IMG/VR virus record: IMGVR_UViG_3300002144_000477
Coordinates: 64,001-128,000 of that record
DNA length: 64,000 nucleotides
Reading direction: 5' to 3' (one strand)
Origin: a virus
In this document: positions 29,224 to 39,320 of the stretch, in pieces
Numbering within the stretch: position 1 is the stretch's first letter
Layout of the letters: each line of letters starts with the position of its first letter
The notes under the pieces: model-generated
Seen by the model: the letters and a program-made list of their open reading frames with translations, nothing else
Databases searched by the model: none
Told to the model about the DNA's origin: nothing
Translations under genes and position numbers: made by a program

Positions 29224-30768
29224 ATGCCATATACAATCACTAAAACAGACGGAACGACACTACTAAACCTAGCAGATGGTCTAACCGACGAAGCAACCAC
29301 AAGTTTGGTTCTAATCGGTAAAAACTATTCAGGTTACGGTGCGTTTCTGAACCAAAACTTTATTAAGTTATTGGAAAATTTTTCAAATACTCAAGCACCA
29401 GACGATCCTCTAAGAGGCCAGTTATGGTGGGATAATGCAAATCAGCTACTAAAAGTGTTCCAAGGCACAAACTGGAAAGTTATCTCTAGCTCAATGAGTA
29501 GCCCACAAGCACCTGCATCACCCGTTGTTGGTGACCTATGGTGGGACACTACTAATACGCAATTAAAAGTCTATGGCGGAACAAGCTGGGTTACAATTGG
29601 ACCTGCCTTCACAGCAACATCCGGACAGACTGGCGCAGTAGCTGATATTATTGCAGATAATACACCAAGTGCGGCAACACACGTAGTAGTTAAGTTCTTT
29701 GTTAACAATCAGTTAACAGCAATTTTAAGTCGTGATGCAGAATTTAGCCCATTAACCGGTGCTAGTGCACCTGGCTTTACTACTATTAAAACAGGCTTTA
29801 ACTTAAGTTCAGCAATCAGTGGATTAAAGTACTGGGGTGATGCAGATAACGCTTCGAACTTAAACGGTGTTGCGGCAAACTTGTATGCTAAACTTAATGG
29901 CACAACAGCATTTACTGAAGCACAAACAATTCAAAACAACAGTGGATTAACTGTTGGTCTAAGTGGCGACCTAAAGCTAACCACTGGATCTGGTGCAAGC
30001 AACATTACTAGCGTAACAAACGGAAACGCATTAGACTTTTATGTTAAGGTAAACAACGCAAACACTAAAGTGCTATCACTAACAGGTGCTGGCCGCGTTG
30101 AAGTCCCAATTGGTAAGCCAACTACAAATAATGGTATTGCTACAAAATTATATGTCGATGACGAAATTACAGCACTAACACAGGCTATTGCAGGTGCAGG
30201 TGGTTCGATTGGTGATATTCAATCCGAGCTAGCTACTTTCTTAAAGAAAGATGGATCAAATACAATTAACGGAAGTATTAGAGTTGCAGTTGGTAACAGC
30301 TTTAACTTAGGAAATGCGACCCACAAGTTTAGCACAGTTTATGCTACAACATTCAGCGGAACTTCAACTACTGCACAGTACGCTGACTTAGCAGAACGCT
30401 TCGAAGCTGACCAGCCATATGATGCTGGTACAGTTGTTTCGTTAGGTGGAGAAAAAGAAATTACAACCACTGTTAACGAATTAAGTGATGACGTATTTGG
30501 CGTGGTGAGTACCCAAGCCGCTTACTTAATGAATGCCGATGCAGGTGATAACCAAACACACCCAGCAATTGCTGTGAGTGGACGGGTTCCAGTAAAAGTA
30601 ATTGGGATGGTTAAAAAGGGTGACAGATTAGTTAGTGCTGGCAATGGTCGTGCTAGAGCCGCTTTTAAAGATGAGATTACACCTTGGAATGTGATCGGAA
30701 GATCACTTCAAACTAAAAATACAACTGGCGAAGGTACAGTTGAGGCAATTGTCAAATTAAGTTCATAA
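29224..30768 (+). CDS. Tail fibre protein (paralog 3) with C-terminal chaperone-like domain
   Basis: Shared N-terminal anchor; C-terminal AQYADLAERFEAD...GRVPVKV domain paralogous to that of 24861. Confidence 0.75.
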   Translation: MPYTITKTDGTTLLNLADGLTDEATTSLVLIGKNYSGYGAFLNQNFIKLLENFSNTQAPDDPLRGQLWWDNANQLLKVFQGTNWKVISSSMSSPQAPASPVVGDLWWDTTNTQLKVYGGTSWVTIGPAFTATSGQTGAVADIIADNTPSAATHVVVKFFVNNQLTAILSRDAEFSPLTGASAPGFTTIKTGFNLSSAISGLKYWGDADNASNLNGVAANLYAKLNGTTAFTEAQTIQNNSGLTVGLSGDLKLTTGSGASNITSVTNGNALDFYVKVNNANTKVLSLTGAGRVEVPIGKPTTNNGIATKLYVDDEITALTQAIAGAGGSIGDIQSELATFLKKDGSNTINGSIRVAVGNSFNLGNATHKFSTVYATTFSGTSTTAQYADLAERFEADQPYDAGTVVSLGGEKEITTTVNELSDDVFGVVSTQAAYLMNADAGDNQTHPAIAVSGRVPVKVIGMVKKGDRLVSAGNGRARAAFKDEITPWNVIGRSLQTKNTTGEGTVEAIVKLSS

Positions 30769-30780
30769 GGGTAAAAAACA

Positions 30781-31710
30781 ATGACATATTCATCGGGCGG
30801 ATTAATCCAAGCACTAGACTATAATACCTTTGCGCAAGGCGGTGCTAGTGTAAATCATAATGTTGCAAACGTTAACACTGTATGGGGTGTTGGTAATGGT
30901 AACAAAGGGTACGGCCAAACTTCGACTCTTTCTGCTGTTGCAGCCGGAAATACAGTAACTGCTACACAATGGTCAACATTGATTGCACGTTTAAACTCAG
31001 TACTATCACACCAGTCTGGTGCAGGTACAGGTATTACTCAGCCAACTGCCGGTAACACTGTTACTTACTTAAGCGCATTAGCTGGTAAAGTAACTACTGC
31101 ATACAATAATCGGTTATTGCATGCAACAAACGGTACTGATATCGCTGCCGCTGGTAGTGTAAACACATCGTTTACACAAGATACCGGATCACTAACTATT
31201 ACTAGAACTGTTACGTTCAGCAGTGGCGATACCGCTCGCTATTTCTTTAATGCAGGCGGAACATTAATTTTTAACTTTGCTGGCACTAACGTTGCTGGCA
31301 ACGCCAAAGGTAACGACTGGGTTTCATTAATTAACACCAAATTGGGTAGCATTATAGTTGATGGACTTACTAACAGTCGCACCGGTACAGGTGGTAGTGT
31401 TGTTAGTTCTAACGGTAGCTTAGGTTACTGGAATGCAGGCACAAGTAATGCTGCCATTATGGAATTAACTAGTGCAGTAGGTACAGCAGATTACGGAAGT
31501 AACAAAGTCAACCTTTACATCAAAACAAATGGCGTACAAGGTGCAAATGGCGACGTAGGTAGCTCAATCTCTCTTGTTGCAGTGTTTACTGACGTTGCAG
31601 CCGACAGTTTCGATGATGCGGTCAACGTTACTATTAACACTACAGTAACACAACGCCCACCATCAACCGCTTACCTAACTAATACATGGGGTACACCTAC
31701 ATATAGTTAA
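30781..31710 (+). CDS. Tail/fibre-associated structural protein
   Basis: Thr/Gly/Asn-rich, beta-type composition, GYGQ and ARYFFNAGG motifs; last gene before the terminator. Confidence 0.55.
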   Translation: MTYSSGGLIQALDYNTFAQGGASVNHNVANVNTVWGVGNGNKGYGQTSTLSAVAAGNTVTATQWSTLIARLNSVLSHQSGAGTGITQPTAGNTVTYLSALAGKVTTAYNNRLLHATNGTDIAAAGSVNTSFTQDTGSLTITRTVTFSSGDTARYFFNAGGTLIFNFAGTNVAGNAKGNDWVSLINTKLGSIIVDGLTNSRTGTGGSVVSSNGSLGYWNAGTSNAAIMELTSAVGTADYGSNKVNLYIKTNGVQGANGDVGSSISLVAVFTDVAADSFDDAVNVTINTTVTQRPPSTAYLTNTWGTPTYS

Positions 31711-31737
31711 TTTGGTAAATTTTTTTACTAAAACATC

Positions 31738-31766
31738 AAAAAGCCACTTGCAAAAGTGGCTTTTTT
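31738..31766 (+). terminator. Intrinsic terminator (bidirectional type) ending the tail module
   Basis: AAAAAGCCAC-ttgcaaaa-GTGGCTTTTTT hairpin with U-tract. Confidence 0.8.
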
Positions 31767-31776
31767 GTTATATAAT
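31748..31776 (+). promoter_or_regulatory. Sigma70-type promoter TTGCAA-17-TATAAT at the head of the modification operon
   Basis: -35 at 31748-31753, -10 at 31771-31776, 17-bp spacer; ATG 31783 is 6 nt after the -10. Confidence 0.75.
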
Positions 31777-31782
31777 ACTGGT

Positions 31783-32097
31783 ATGAGCGAAATTAATAAA
31801 CTAGTAGAACGTGTTAAGCTGGCTACAAAATACCAGGCTAACAAACGAACATTAAAAGAAACTATTACAGCCGAGCTACATTTACCATTCAATGGCGGAT
31901 TGTTTATGCTAAGTCCGGCATTGTTGGCATTTGTTAGCACTTGGCCAGACCCAACTCTATTCATCGAAGATGCATACGAGAACCCCATTGAAGTAAATCG
32001 CGACGAGTTTTTAGTAGTTGCGAGAGAACGATATCATGCGGCTATGAACAGCTGGAATCATCAAAGCCAGGAAATTAAACGTGCCAGGAAAGTCTAA
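31783..32097 (+). CDS. Hypothetical protein (first gene of modification operon)
   Basis: ORF; start reassigned from GTG 31756, which lies inside the terminator/promoter, to ATG 31783. Confidence 0.7.
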   Translation: MSEINKLVERVKLATKYQANKRTLKETITAELHLPFNGGLFMLSPALLAFVSTWPDPTLFIEDAYENPIEVNRDEFLVVARERYHAAMNSWNHQSQEIKRARKV

Positions 32098-32845
32098 AGG
32101 CGTACTATTATTTGCGACAAATACAGCCGAAGTTGACTATGTTAGCATCGCTGAAACTAATGCAAAATTAATTGACAGATATCTCGGGTTGCCTACAACT
32201 ATTGTTCAGGGCGATGTTGGTACAAATAAACGCTTAGTAAGTGGCGCAGTAGTAGAGTGGAATAACGGTGGTAGATGCAATGCATACGAGTTAAGTCCGT
32301 ATGATCAAACGCTAGTACTCGACAGTGATTATTTAATCTTTGACAATAACTTACTAAAAGTATTAGATACTGTAGTTGATTATGCTATCCCAAACAAAAA
32401 TGTATACATTAATTCAGCAAACACCATTGACACTATGGGGCAATACAGTGTTGGACCAATGCTGTGGGCTACTGCAATTGCATTTAATCGCACTGAAAAG
32501 AGCAAGCAACTTTTTCAGCTAGTGAAAATGATACAGCATAATTACGGATACTATCGAGCACTATACAACATCTCCCCTGCAAACTTTAGAAATGATGTTG
32601 CATTTACTATTGCAGATCGAATTGTTAATGGCTATGTTGACAATATTGAAAATAGAATACCCTGGCCGGTTGTTACAGTGTCTGGAAAAGTTAGCAATCT
32701 TACATTAGATAACACTACTCGACGTATAATAGTATATACAGACACAGAGGCGTTTATTGTCCCTTGGAATAGTCTGCACCTACATGATAAAACAGTGTTG
32801 CAGTCTGATGATTTTAAAAAGGCAGTTGCACATGTCGTTGCGTAA
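32081..32845 (+). CDS. Glycosyltransferase GT-A/GT8-like protein
   Basis: GVLLFA...Y start; AYELSPYDQTLVLDSDY (DxD) motif; late NDVAF and HLHDK motifs. Confidence 0.6.
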   Translation: MPGKSKGVLLFATNTAEVDYVSIAETNAKLIDRYLGLPTTIVQGDVGTNKRLVSGAVVEWNNGGRCNAYELSPYDQTLVLDSDYLIFDNNLLKVLDTVVDYAIPNKNVYINSANTIDTMGQYSVGPMLWATAIAFNRTEKSKQLFQLVKMIQHNYGYYRALYNISPANFRNDVAFTIADRIVNGYVDNIENRIPWPVVTVSGKVSNLTLDNTTRRIIVYTDTEAFIVPWNSLHLHDKTVLQSDDFKKAVAHVVA

Positions 32846-33698
32846 ACAAGCACATCAAGCCCAGCGAGGATTTATAACATTTGCTCAAAATACTGCGTCA
32901 ACTGATTACCTTGAGCTGTCTTATCTCCAAGCGCTAAATATAAAAGCAACACAGCCTAACAGTCTATACGCGGTTATAGTTGATGTTGCTACTGAATCTC
33001 AAATAACTCCAACTCAACGCAGTGCGTTCGACTACGTTATTACCCTAGAACACGATGAAGCAACTGACTCTGAATGGAAATTGTCCAATGAGTGGCAAGT
33101 GTTTTGGTTGACCCCGTTTAAAGAAACAATTAAATTAGAATCGGATCTACTGTTTACTCGCGATGTAAGCCATTGGTGGCCAGTGTTACAAACTCAAAAT
33201 CTTGTTATGAGCCATGGTGTAGTTGATCATCAAGGTAAGCCAGCAACTAGTAGGCGATATCGTAAACTGTTTGATGAAAATAGTTTACCCGACGTATACA
33301 ACGGTATGATGTATTTTCGATTTAGTGCCGAAGCAACAACGTTTTTCTCTACTGCTAGGCAAGTTTATGCAAATTGGGATGATATCAAAAATAGCGGACT
33401 AGTTAATGTTCGGGACGATAACCCTACTACTGATGTAGTGTATGCAATAACTGCAATTCTAGTAGATTTTCCAACATATATTCCGACGCTTGATTTTTTT
33501 AAGTTTGCACATTTGAAACCCGGAATTCAAAATTGGTCCGATGATAAGTCTGTGTTTAGCCGGGTGCTGTTAGAAACAGAGATTCCGCATATTAGAATTA
33601 ATAATGTCTTGCAATTAAATCCTGTGCATTATTATGATAAAACAATTAACATTAAGGAATTAATAAATGAATACGAGCAATTTACAAGACCCGCCTGA
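32832..33698 (+). CDS. Glycosyltransferase GT-A/GT8-like protein (paralog, ESD variant motif)
   Basis: GFITFAQN..DY; LTPFKETIKLESDLL; PDVYNG; TTDVVYA; HYYDK. Collinear with the upstream gene. Start taken at ATG 32832. Confidence 0.55.
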   Translation: MSLRKQAHQAQRGFITFAQNTASTDYLELSYLQALNIKATQPNSLYAVIVDVATESQITPTQRSAFDYVITLEHDEATDSEWKLSNEWQVFWLTPFKETIKLESDLLFTRDVSHWWPVLQTQNLVMSHGVVDHQGKPATSRRYRKLFDENSLPDVYNGMMYFRFSAEATTFFSTARQVYANWDDIKNSGLVNVRDDNPTTDVVYAITAILVDFPTYIPTLDFFKFAHLKPGIQNWSDDKSVFSRVLLETEIPHIRINNVLQLNPVHYYDKTINIKELINEYEQFTRPA

Positions 33699-34044
33699 GC
33701 TAGTTACTGCAATGCAAGAGTTTTTTGCAGACAATCAACAACCTGCGGTTACATCAAAAATTGAATACCGTTTGTATTATGATGCTTTGGGCAAGGTACT
33801 GTTTATGACAACTAACGACGAGCCCGGCAAATACATTGTAATTTCAAAAGAAGTGTATAACAAACCAAATTACTCATCTATGCGTGTAGTAAATGGAGAG
33901 TTAAAAATTGTAAACTTTGATGATCCAGACTTTGCGTTAGATAAAGCAGCCACCGGATACCAAACGGTAAAAGGCCACGCAGGTATTTTAGCAGACGATC
34001 AAACAACAACTGAGACACAAACATATGGCTTCAAACATAACTGA
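33667..34044 (+). CDS. Hypothetical protein
   Basis: ORF overlapping both neighbours in the operon. Confidence 0.65.
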   Translation: MNTSNLQDPPELVTAMQEFFADNQQPAVTSKIEYRLYYDALGKVLFMTTNDEPGKYIVISKEVYNKPNYSSMRVVNGELKIVNFDDPDFALDKAATGYQTVKGHAGILADDQTTTETQTYGFKHN

Positions 34045-34936
34045 TGTTGCAGACCTTGACTGCATTTACTTAACTTACGATGAACCGCAGAAAGAAGAGT
34101 TTTGGATTAAAATCCAAAATATGGTTCCGTGGGCTAAACGAGTAGATGGAGTTAAAGGAAGCGATGCCGCACATAAGGCTGCGGCAGACGCAAGTGATAC
34201 CGAATTTTTTGTATTAATCGACGGCGACAATTTACCTGACCCGGAGTTTTTTAATTTACAAATTGAAACACCGGACCACGACTGTGCATTTCGGTGGAAA
34301 GCCCGCAATGAAATCAACGGTCTCATGTACGGCAATGGTGGTATGAGTGTGTGGAGTAAAGGCTTTGTGTACAATATGAAAACACATGAAGCTAGTGATG
34401 GCAGTGATGAAACTGCTGTTGAGTTCTGCTTCGAAGAAACATATTATCCTATGCATAACTGCTATTCAACTACATATCCAAATGGCGATCAATATCATGC
34501 ATGGCGTGCAGGATTCCGCGAAGGTGTTAAGATGTGCTTAGATAGAGGTCGTAAACCCACATTGCCGGAGTTCGACGATGCCGCCAAAAAACGTAACTTA
34601 GACCATTTACAAATTTGGCAAACAATTGGCAAAGACGTACAACACGGAGAGTGGGCAATTGCAGGCGCACGGTACGGCACGTACAAAACTATGCTAACCG
34701 ACTGGGACTACACCGAAGTTCAGGACTTTGATAAACTAAAAGAAATGTACGCAGAGTTTGACATAAACAATCTGCCTGCGATTACAGAAAAACTAACACA
34801 TCGGTTAGGACTTAATATTGTTGAACTAGATGCGGAGCAAAGTGCTTTCTTTAAGTATCATTATAGCACGGGACATAAAAATCTTGAGTTGATGACTAAA
34901 GAAATTGATGTCATTCGTAGAATTGAGGGATGGTAA
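34025..34936 (+). CDS. Glycosyltransferase GT-A-fold protein
   Basis: LDCIYLTYDEP...AAHKAAA...FVLIDGDN (DxD), NGLMYGNGG, AWRAGFREGVKM; homologous to the C-terminal domain of 48347-50965. Confidence 0.6.
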   Translation: MASNITDVADLDCIYLTYDEPQKEEFWIKIQNMVPWAKRVDGVKGSDAAHKAAADASDTEFFVLIDGDNLPDPEFFNLQIETPDHDCAFRWKARNEINGLMYGNGGMSVWSKGFVYNMKTHEASDGSDETAVEFCFEETYYPMHNCYSTTYPNGDQYHAWRAGFREGVKMCLDRGRKPTLPEFDDAAKKRNLDHLQIWQTIGKDVQHGEWAIAGARYGTYKTMLTDWDYTEVQDFDKLKEMYAEFDINNLPAITEKLTHRLGLNIVELDAEQSAFFKYHYSTGHKNLELMTKEIDVIRRIEGW

Positions 34937-34937
34937 T

Positions 34938-35225
34938 ATGATTAAACGTATTAAAGAGTTTTGGGTTAACAGTTACCACAGTGATAAAACAGCATTTTAT
35001 TACGAGCTTATTAGCTTTGTTATCACGGTAGCGGCAAGCCTGACATTAGCACTTACAGCAGACGACCCTGACATGACACTGGTTTATCCTGGGTTCTTCA
35101 TTGGCAGTGTATTTGCAGTTATTGCATATAAGCGTCGACAGCTAGTTTGGCCATTCCTATTGACATTATACTTTGCATGTGTTAATATATTTGGATACGG
35201 AGTAGCAATGAGATGGTGGAACTAA
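34938..35225 (+). CDS. Small integral membrane protein (about 3 TM)
   Basis: Three hydrophobic segments; start taken at ATG 34938 right after the upstream stop. Confidence 0.7.
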   Translation: MIKRIKEFWVNSYHSDKTAFYYELISFVITVAASLTLALTADDPDMTLVYPGFFIGSVFAVIAYKRRQLVWPFLLTLYFACVNIFGYGVAMRWWN

Positions 35226-35226
35226 T

Positions 35227-36636
35227 ATGAACAAAGGCGACGAGTCAGTAGGTAACAAGAGTAAGTTTATGGCTTCGGCTGAGTTCATGAAAGAGAACTT
35301 AGGCGAAGGACTGTGTCTGGCTAAATGGAAACAGGTAAGCCTACATCTCCCCACTGGTCTAAACAATAGTTGCTACCATCCGCCATTGCATAAAATCGAC
35401 TCAGCAACACTAAAAGACAACCCGGGCGCACTACACAACACTGAGCATAAAAAGCAACAGCGTGTTATTATGCTTAAAAACGAACGGCCCAGTGAATGTA
35501 GTTACTGCTGGAATATCGAAGACACAGGCAACCTAAGTGATAGACATTATCGTAGTGGTGAGCCCTGGGCCGCTAGCGATTACGAAACTATTGTTAGCAG
35601 TAACGGAACTGAAGACGATGTTATTCCTAGTTATGTTGAAGTAAATTTTAACCATGCGTGTAACTTAAAGTGTAGCTATTGCAGTCCGCAGTTTAGTAGC
35701 AGTTGGATGGCCGAGACTGAGAAGTACGGTGCATTTCCGACTAGCGTACCGCACAACGCACCAGAGCACTTTGCCGGTAGCAGACGCCCTATTCCGCATA
35801 GAGAAGCCAACCCCTATGTTGATGCATTCTGGGAATGGTGGCCTAGTCTTTATCCTCACTTAAAACATTTTCGCATGACAGGCGGCGAGCCGTTAATGGA
35901 TAACAATACATATAGGGTGTTTGATTATGTATTGGCGTTGCCTAACCCTGAGTTGCACTTAAATGTTACAAGTAATTTCAGTGTCGAAGACAAACTTTTC
36001 GAAAAGTATCTAGGCTATGTTAAAAAGTTATGCAAAACTCAAATAGAGCATTTTATGCAATATGTGAGTTTAGACACTGGGGTACCTGCACATGCTGAGT
36101 ACATACGCAACGGGTTAAATTGGGATCGCATGTATCACAATGTTTACCGGTATATGAATGAAGTCCCAGAGCGCAACAGTTTAACATTTATTATCACTAT
36201 GAATAATTTAAGTGTTAGTGGTATCAAGCGCCAGCTAGAGTGGATTTTAGATTTGCGAAGTAGGTTTAGTCAAACATATCAACGTGTTTGGTTTGATACT
36301 CCATTGCTTCGCCAGCCAACATGGCAAAGTTTACAAATACTACCGTGGCCCTACGCCGATAAGCTAGAGGATGTTGCTAACTGGATGGAACAACATCTAG
36401 AAACCCCAGACGATCCGTTCCATGGGTTTAAGGATTATGAAGTACAGCGTATGCGCCGTGATATTGCATGGATGCGCAAAGGTGCTGAATTAGGTGCAGA
36501 TTATTTGCAAGCACAGCGAGCAGATTTTTATAGATTTTTTAACGAACACGATAAACGCCGTGGCACTGATTTCTTAGAAACATTTCCTGATATGGAAGAG
36601 TTTTGGAAAGAGTGTAGATACCACGCTAACAGATAA
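35227..36636 (+). CDS. Radical SAM enzyme 1 with N-terminal Twitch/SPASM-like domain
   Basis: CNLKCSYC (CxxxCxxC), TGGEP; N-terminal C-x-AKW...SCYH...ECSYCW cysteine set. Confidence 0.9.
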   Translation: MNKGDESVGNKSKFMASAEFMKENLGEGLCLAKWKQVSLHLPTGLNNSCYHPPLHKIDSATLKDNPGALHNTEHKKQQRVIMLKNERPSECSYCWNIEDTGNLSDRHYRSGEPWAASDYETIVSSNGTEDDVIPSYVEVNFNHACNLKCSYCSPQFSSSWMAETEKYGAFPTSVPHNAPEHFAGSRRPIPHREANPYVDAFWEWWPSLYPHLKHFRMTGGEPLMDNNTYRVFDYVLALPNPELHLNVTSNFSVEDKLFEKYLGYVKKLCKTQIEHFMQYVSLDTGVPAHAEYIRNGLNWDRMYHNVYRYMNEVPERNSLTFIITMNNLSVSGIKRQLEWILDLRSRFSQTYQRVWFDTPLLRQPTWQSLQILPWPYADKLEDVANWMEQHLETPDDPFHGFKDYEVQRMRRDIAWMRKGAELGADYLQAQRADFYRFFNEHDKRRGTDFLETFPDMEEFWKECRYHANR

Positions 36637-36646
36637 AGAGGACAAT

Positions 36647-38002
36647 ATGCCACGTAAAGATAACGAAACACATTTAGAATACAAACGCAGAGTTATTGAC
36701 ATTAAGTCAGATTCCTTCTGTGGGGCAAAATGGTACAATGCTACTATTTGGTTAGGCAGTGGTATGACTACCAGTTGCCATCATCCATTGCCTCACAAAG
36801 TAGACGTTGAGGACGTACTTAAGAACCCTAAGGCATTACATAATACTCAAAAGAAAAAGTTTGAGCGCGAGCAGATGCAAAAAGGCGAACGACCAAAAGG
36901 TTGCGAATACTGCTGGAAGATCGAAGACATTGGACGAGACAATATTAGCGACCGGGTTTACAAATCGGTAATTTACTCCGACGAGGATCTTGCCTATGCA
37001 GCCAGAATTCCGGCCAGCACCGATATTGATCTACAGACACTCGAAATCGCATTTGACCGTACCTGCCAGTTTGCATGTAGTTATTGCAATCCGGCATTTA
37101 GTAGTACATGGGTTAAAGATATTAAAAACAACGGACCGTACAATAATCTTGTAAGCGACGGGCGTAATCACTTTACTCACATTCACGATAGTGCTCAGTT
37201 ATACAAGTATGGTGACACAAATCCATACGTGGAAGCGTTTCACCAATGGTGGGAATCCGACCTGCATAAGACATTGCAAGAACTACGAATTACAGGTGGC
37301 GAGCCATTGATGACTGGCGGTACGTGGAAACTGATCGACTGGTTTAAAGCAAACAAAGGCAAAAGTACTACCCGTTTGGCAATCAACAGTAACTTGGGTG
37401 CTGATATTGATATTGATCGATTGATTTATAGTGTCGACGGTGTAGAAATTGACTTGTACACTAGTAATGAAGCAGTCGGCGCACAAGCAGAATACATACG
37501 AGATGGATTGGATTACACTGTTTGGATGCAGAACATGGTTAAACTAATCGAAAGTAAAAAGTTTAGAGGCATTCACGTAATGTGTACTATCAATGCCTTG
37601 TGCTTAGATAGCTTGCCAGAGTTTTTAGACCAATTAGTTGAATTGAAGAAACAGTACGGCAGAGATTATCCAAACTTTACCCTAAACATTTTGCGATTCC
37701 CTAGTTTCCAAAGTGCATTGGTGTTGTCCGACGAGCAACGAACGATATATAAGAATAAGCTAATTGGTTGGATGATGCATCATCGTGACACTGAGGTATT
37801 ACATGAACATGAACGCAATCACGTAACCAGGTTAATTGACTACTTGGATGTTGTTAAGACTCCGCATAGCGAAGCATTTGAAATGCCAAAGCTACACAAC
37901 GATTTTAAAAACTTTTATCAGCAGTACGACCAGCGTAGAAAAGATAAAGATTTTAATAAAACATTCCCTAACTTATCGGATTGGTATAATGGACTCAACT
38001 AA
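36647..38002 (+). CDS. Radical SAM enzyme 2 with N-terminal Twitch/SPASM-like domain
   Basis: CQFACSYC, TGGEP; N-terminal FCGAKW...SCHH...GCEYCW. Confidence 0.9.
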   Translation: MPRKDNETHLEYKRRVIDIKSDSFCGAKWYNATIWLGSGMTTSCHHPLPHKVDVEDVLKNPKALHNTQKKKFEREQMQKGERPKGCEYCWKIEDIGRDNISDRVYKSVIYSDEDLAYAARIPASTDIDLQTLEIAFDRTCQFACSYCNPAFSSTWVKDIKNNGPYNNLVSDGRNHFTHIHDSAQLYKYGDTNPYVEAFHQWWESDLHKTLQELRITGGEPLMTGGTWKLIDWFKANKGKSTTRLAINSNLGADIDIDRLIYSVDGVEIDLYTSNEAVGAQAEYIRDGLDYTVWMQNMVKLIESKKFRGIHVMCTINALCLDSLPEFLDQLVELKKQYGRDYPNFTLNILRFPSFQSALVLSDEQRTIYKNKLIGWMMHHRDTEVLHEHERNHVTRLIDYLDVVKTPHSEAFEMPKLHNDFKNFYQQYDQRRKDKDFNKTFPNLSDWYNGLN

Positions 38003-39320
38003 AAAAGATTTCTACGAGAAGTACGATTATAATGAACGTTCTCCTCATTTTATTAAGCGTGAGGAATTAACCGATCAGCAATTTAACAGGTTAGTCAAAA
38101 GCGACAAGTTTTGTATGCTTCCTTGGGTACACATGCATGCATTTCCGGATGGCAGGGCATATCCATGTTGTTTAGGCGACTATTGGCATCCGGTTGGCGA
38201 TCTACGTAAGCACACAATGGAAGAAGTATGGAACCAGGACGCATATAAAACAATGCGTAAAAACATGCTTGAAGACAAGTCTTGTAAGGAATGCACTAAG
38301 TGCTACGAGCAAGAAGCCAATGGCTTTTTTAGTATGCGTAACGATGCGAATCGAAATTACGGACACTTGATTAACGAAGTAGATCAAACTGCTAGTGATG
38401 GCGAACATCCTGAGTTTAAATTGCGTTACTGGGATGTTCGATTTAGTAATATGTGTAACTTTAGATGCCGGTCGTGTGGCCCAATCTTTAGTAGCAATTG
38501 GTACAAGGATCATGTTAAACTATACGGTGTTAAGCCCGACGTGCTTAAGCGTGAAATGGCAGTAATCGAGTATACTACTGGCAATGAAGAAGACATGCTT
38601 AAACAGATGGAGCCGCACATCGAGCATTTAGAACAAGTCTACTTTGCTGGCGGCGAACCAATGATTATGAAAGAGCATTACTACTTACTCGAGCGCCTGA
38701 TTGATCTTGGCAAGACTGATGTGCGGTTAGTATATAATACTAACTTTAGCGAAATGCGATACAAAGATAAACACGTATTTGATTATTGGAAACATTTTAA
38801 AACTGTAAACGTTGGTGCAAGTCTTGATGGAATGGGATCACAAGGTGAGCTTATCCGCAAAGGACAAGATTGGGCACAAACAGAAGAAAACCGTATCCGT
38901 ATGAAAGAGGAAGTCCCGCACGTAGACTTCTATGTTAGTGCAACTGTTACTAGTCAGAACGTATTACATGTATTAGACTTTCATCGTGACTGGGTTGAAC
39001 GTGGCTTTATAAATCCACAAGACTTTAATGTTAATATATGTCAGAGCCCTGAATGGTATCGCATTGATATCTTTCCGGAGCAGTTTAAGCGTGAAGTAAT
39101 TGAACCTGCGTATCGCAAGCATATCGAGTGGTTGGACCCACAAGACAAGTTGCGTCGTGCTACAACAGGATTCGAAAGTGCTATTAATTTTATGATGAGC
39201 AACGACGGGTCCAAGTACTGGAACCGATTCGAGCACGAAATCAAACTACTCGATGATCTACGTAACGAAGACTTTTGGGCTACATTCCCTGAATTAGAGG
39301 CAGCACGTGGAAAACAATAA
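37989..39320 (+). CDS. Radical SAM enzyme 3 with N-terminal Twitch/SPASM-like domain
   Basis: CNFRCRSC, AGGEP; FCMLPW...DGRAYPCC...ECTKCY. Start reassigned to ATG 37989. Confidence 0.9.
   Translation: MDSTKKDFYEKYDYNERSPHFIKREELTDQQFNRLVKSDKFCMLPWVHMHAFPDGRAYPCCLGDYWHPVGDLRKHTMEEVWNQDAYKTMRKNMLEDKSCKECTKCYEQEANGFFSMRNDANRNYGHLINEVDQTASDGEHPEFKLRYWDVRFSNMCNFRCRSCGPIFSSNWYKDHVKLYGVKPDVLKREMAVIEYTTGNEEDMLKQMEPHIEHLEQVYFAGGEPMIMKEHYYLLERLIDLGKTDVRLVYNTNFSEMRYKDKHVFDYWKHFKTVNVGASLDGMGSQGELIRKGQDWAQTEENRIRMKEEVPHVDFYVSATVTSQNVLHVLDFHRDWVERGFINPQDFNVNICQSPEWYRIDIFPEQFKREVIEPAYRKHIEWLDPQDKLRRATTGFESAINFMMSNDGSKYWNRFEHEIKLLDDLRNEDFWATFPELEAARGKQ

Noticed and set aside
26280-30768. Similar C-terminal DNA in two fibre genes as a possible diversity-generating retroelement TR/VR pair
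   Set aside because: Differences are mostly synonymous third-position changes at all bases, not adenine-specific, and there is no reverse transcriptase in the window. These are ordinary paralogs.
1-31710. Bacterial contractile injection system (eCIS/T6SS) or prophage rather than a lytic phage
   Set aside because: T4-like late motifs, early promoter cassettes, thyA/DHFR and the absence of host housekeeping or integrase genes fit a large lytic phage.
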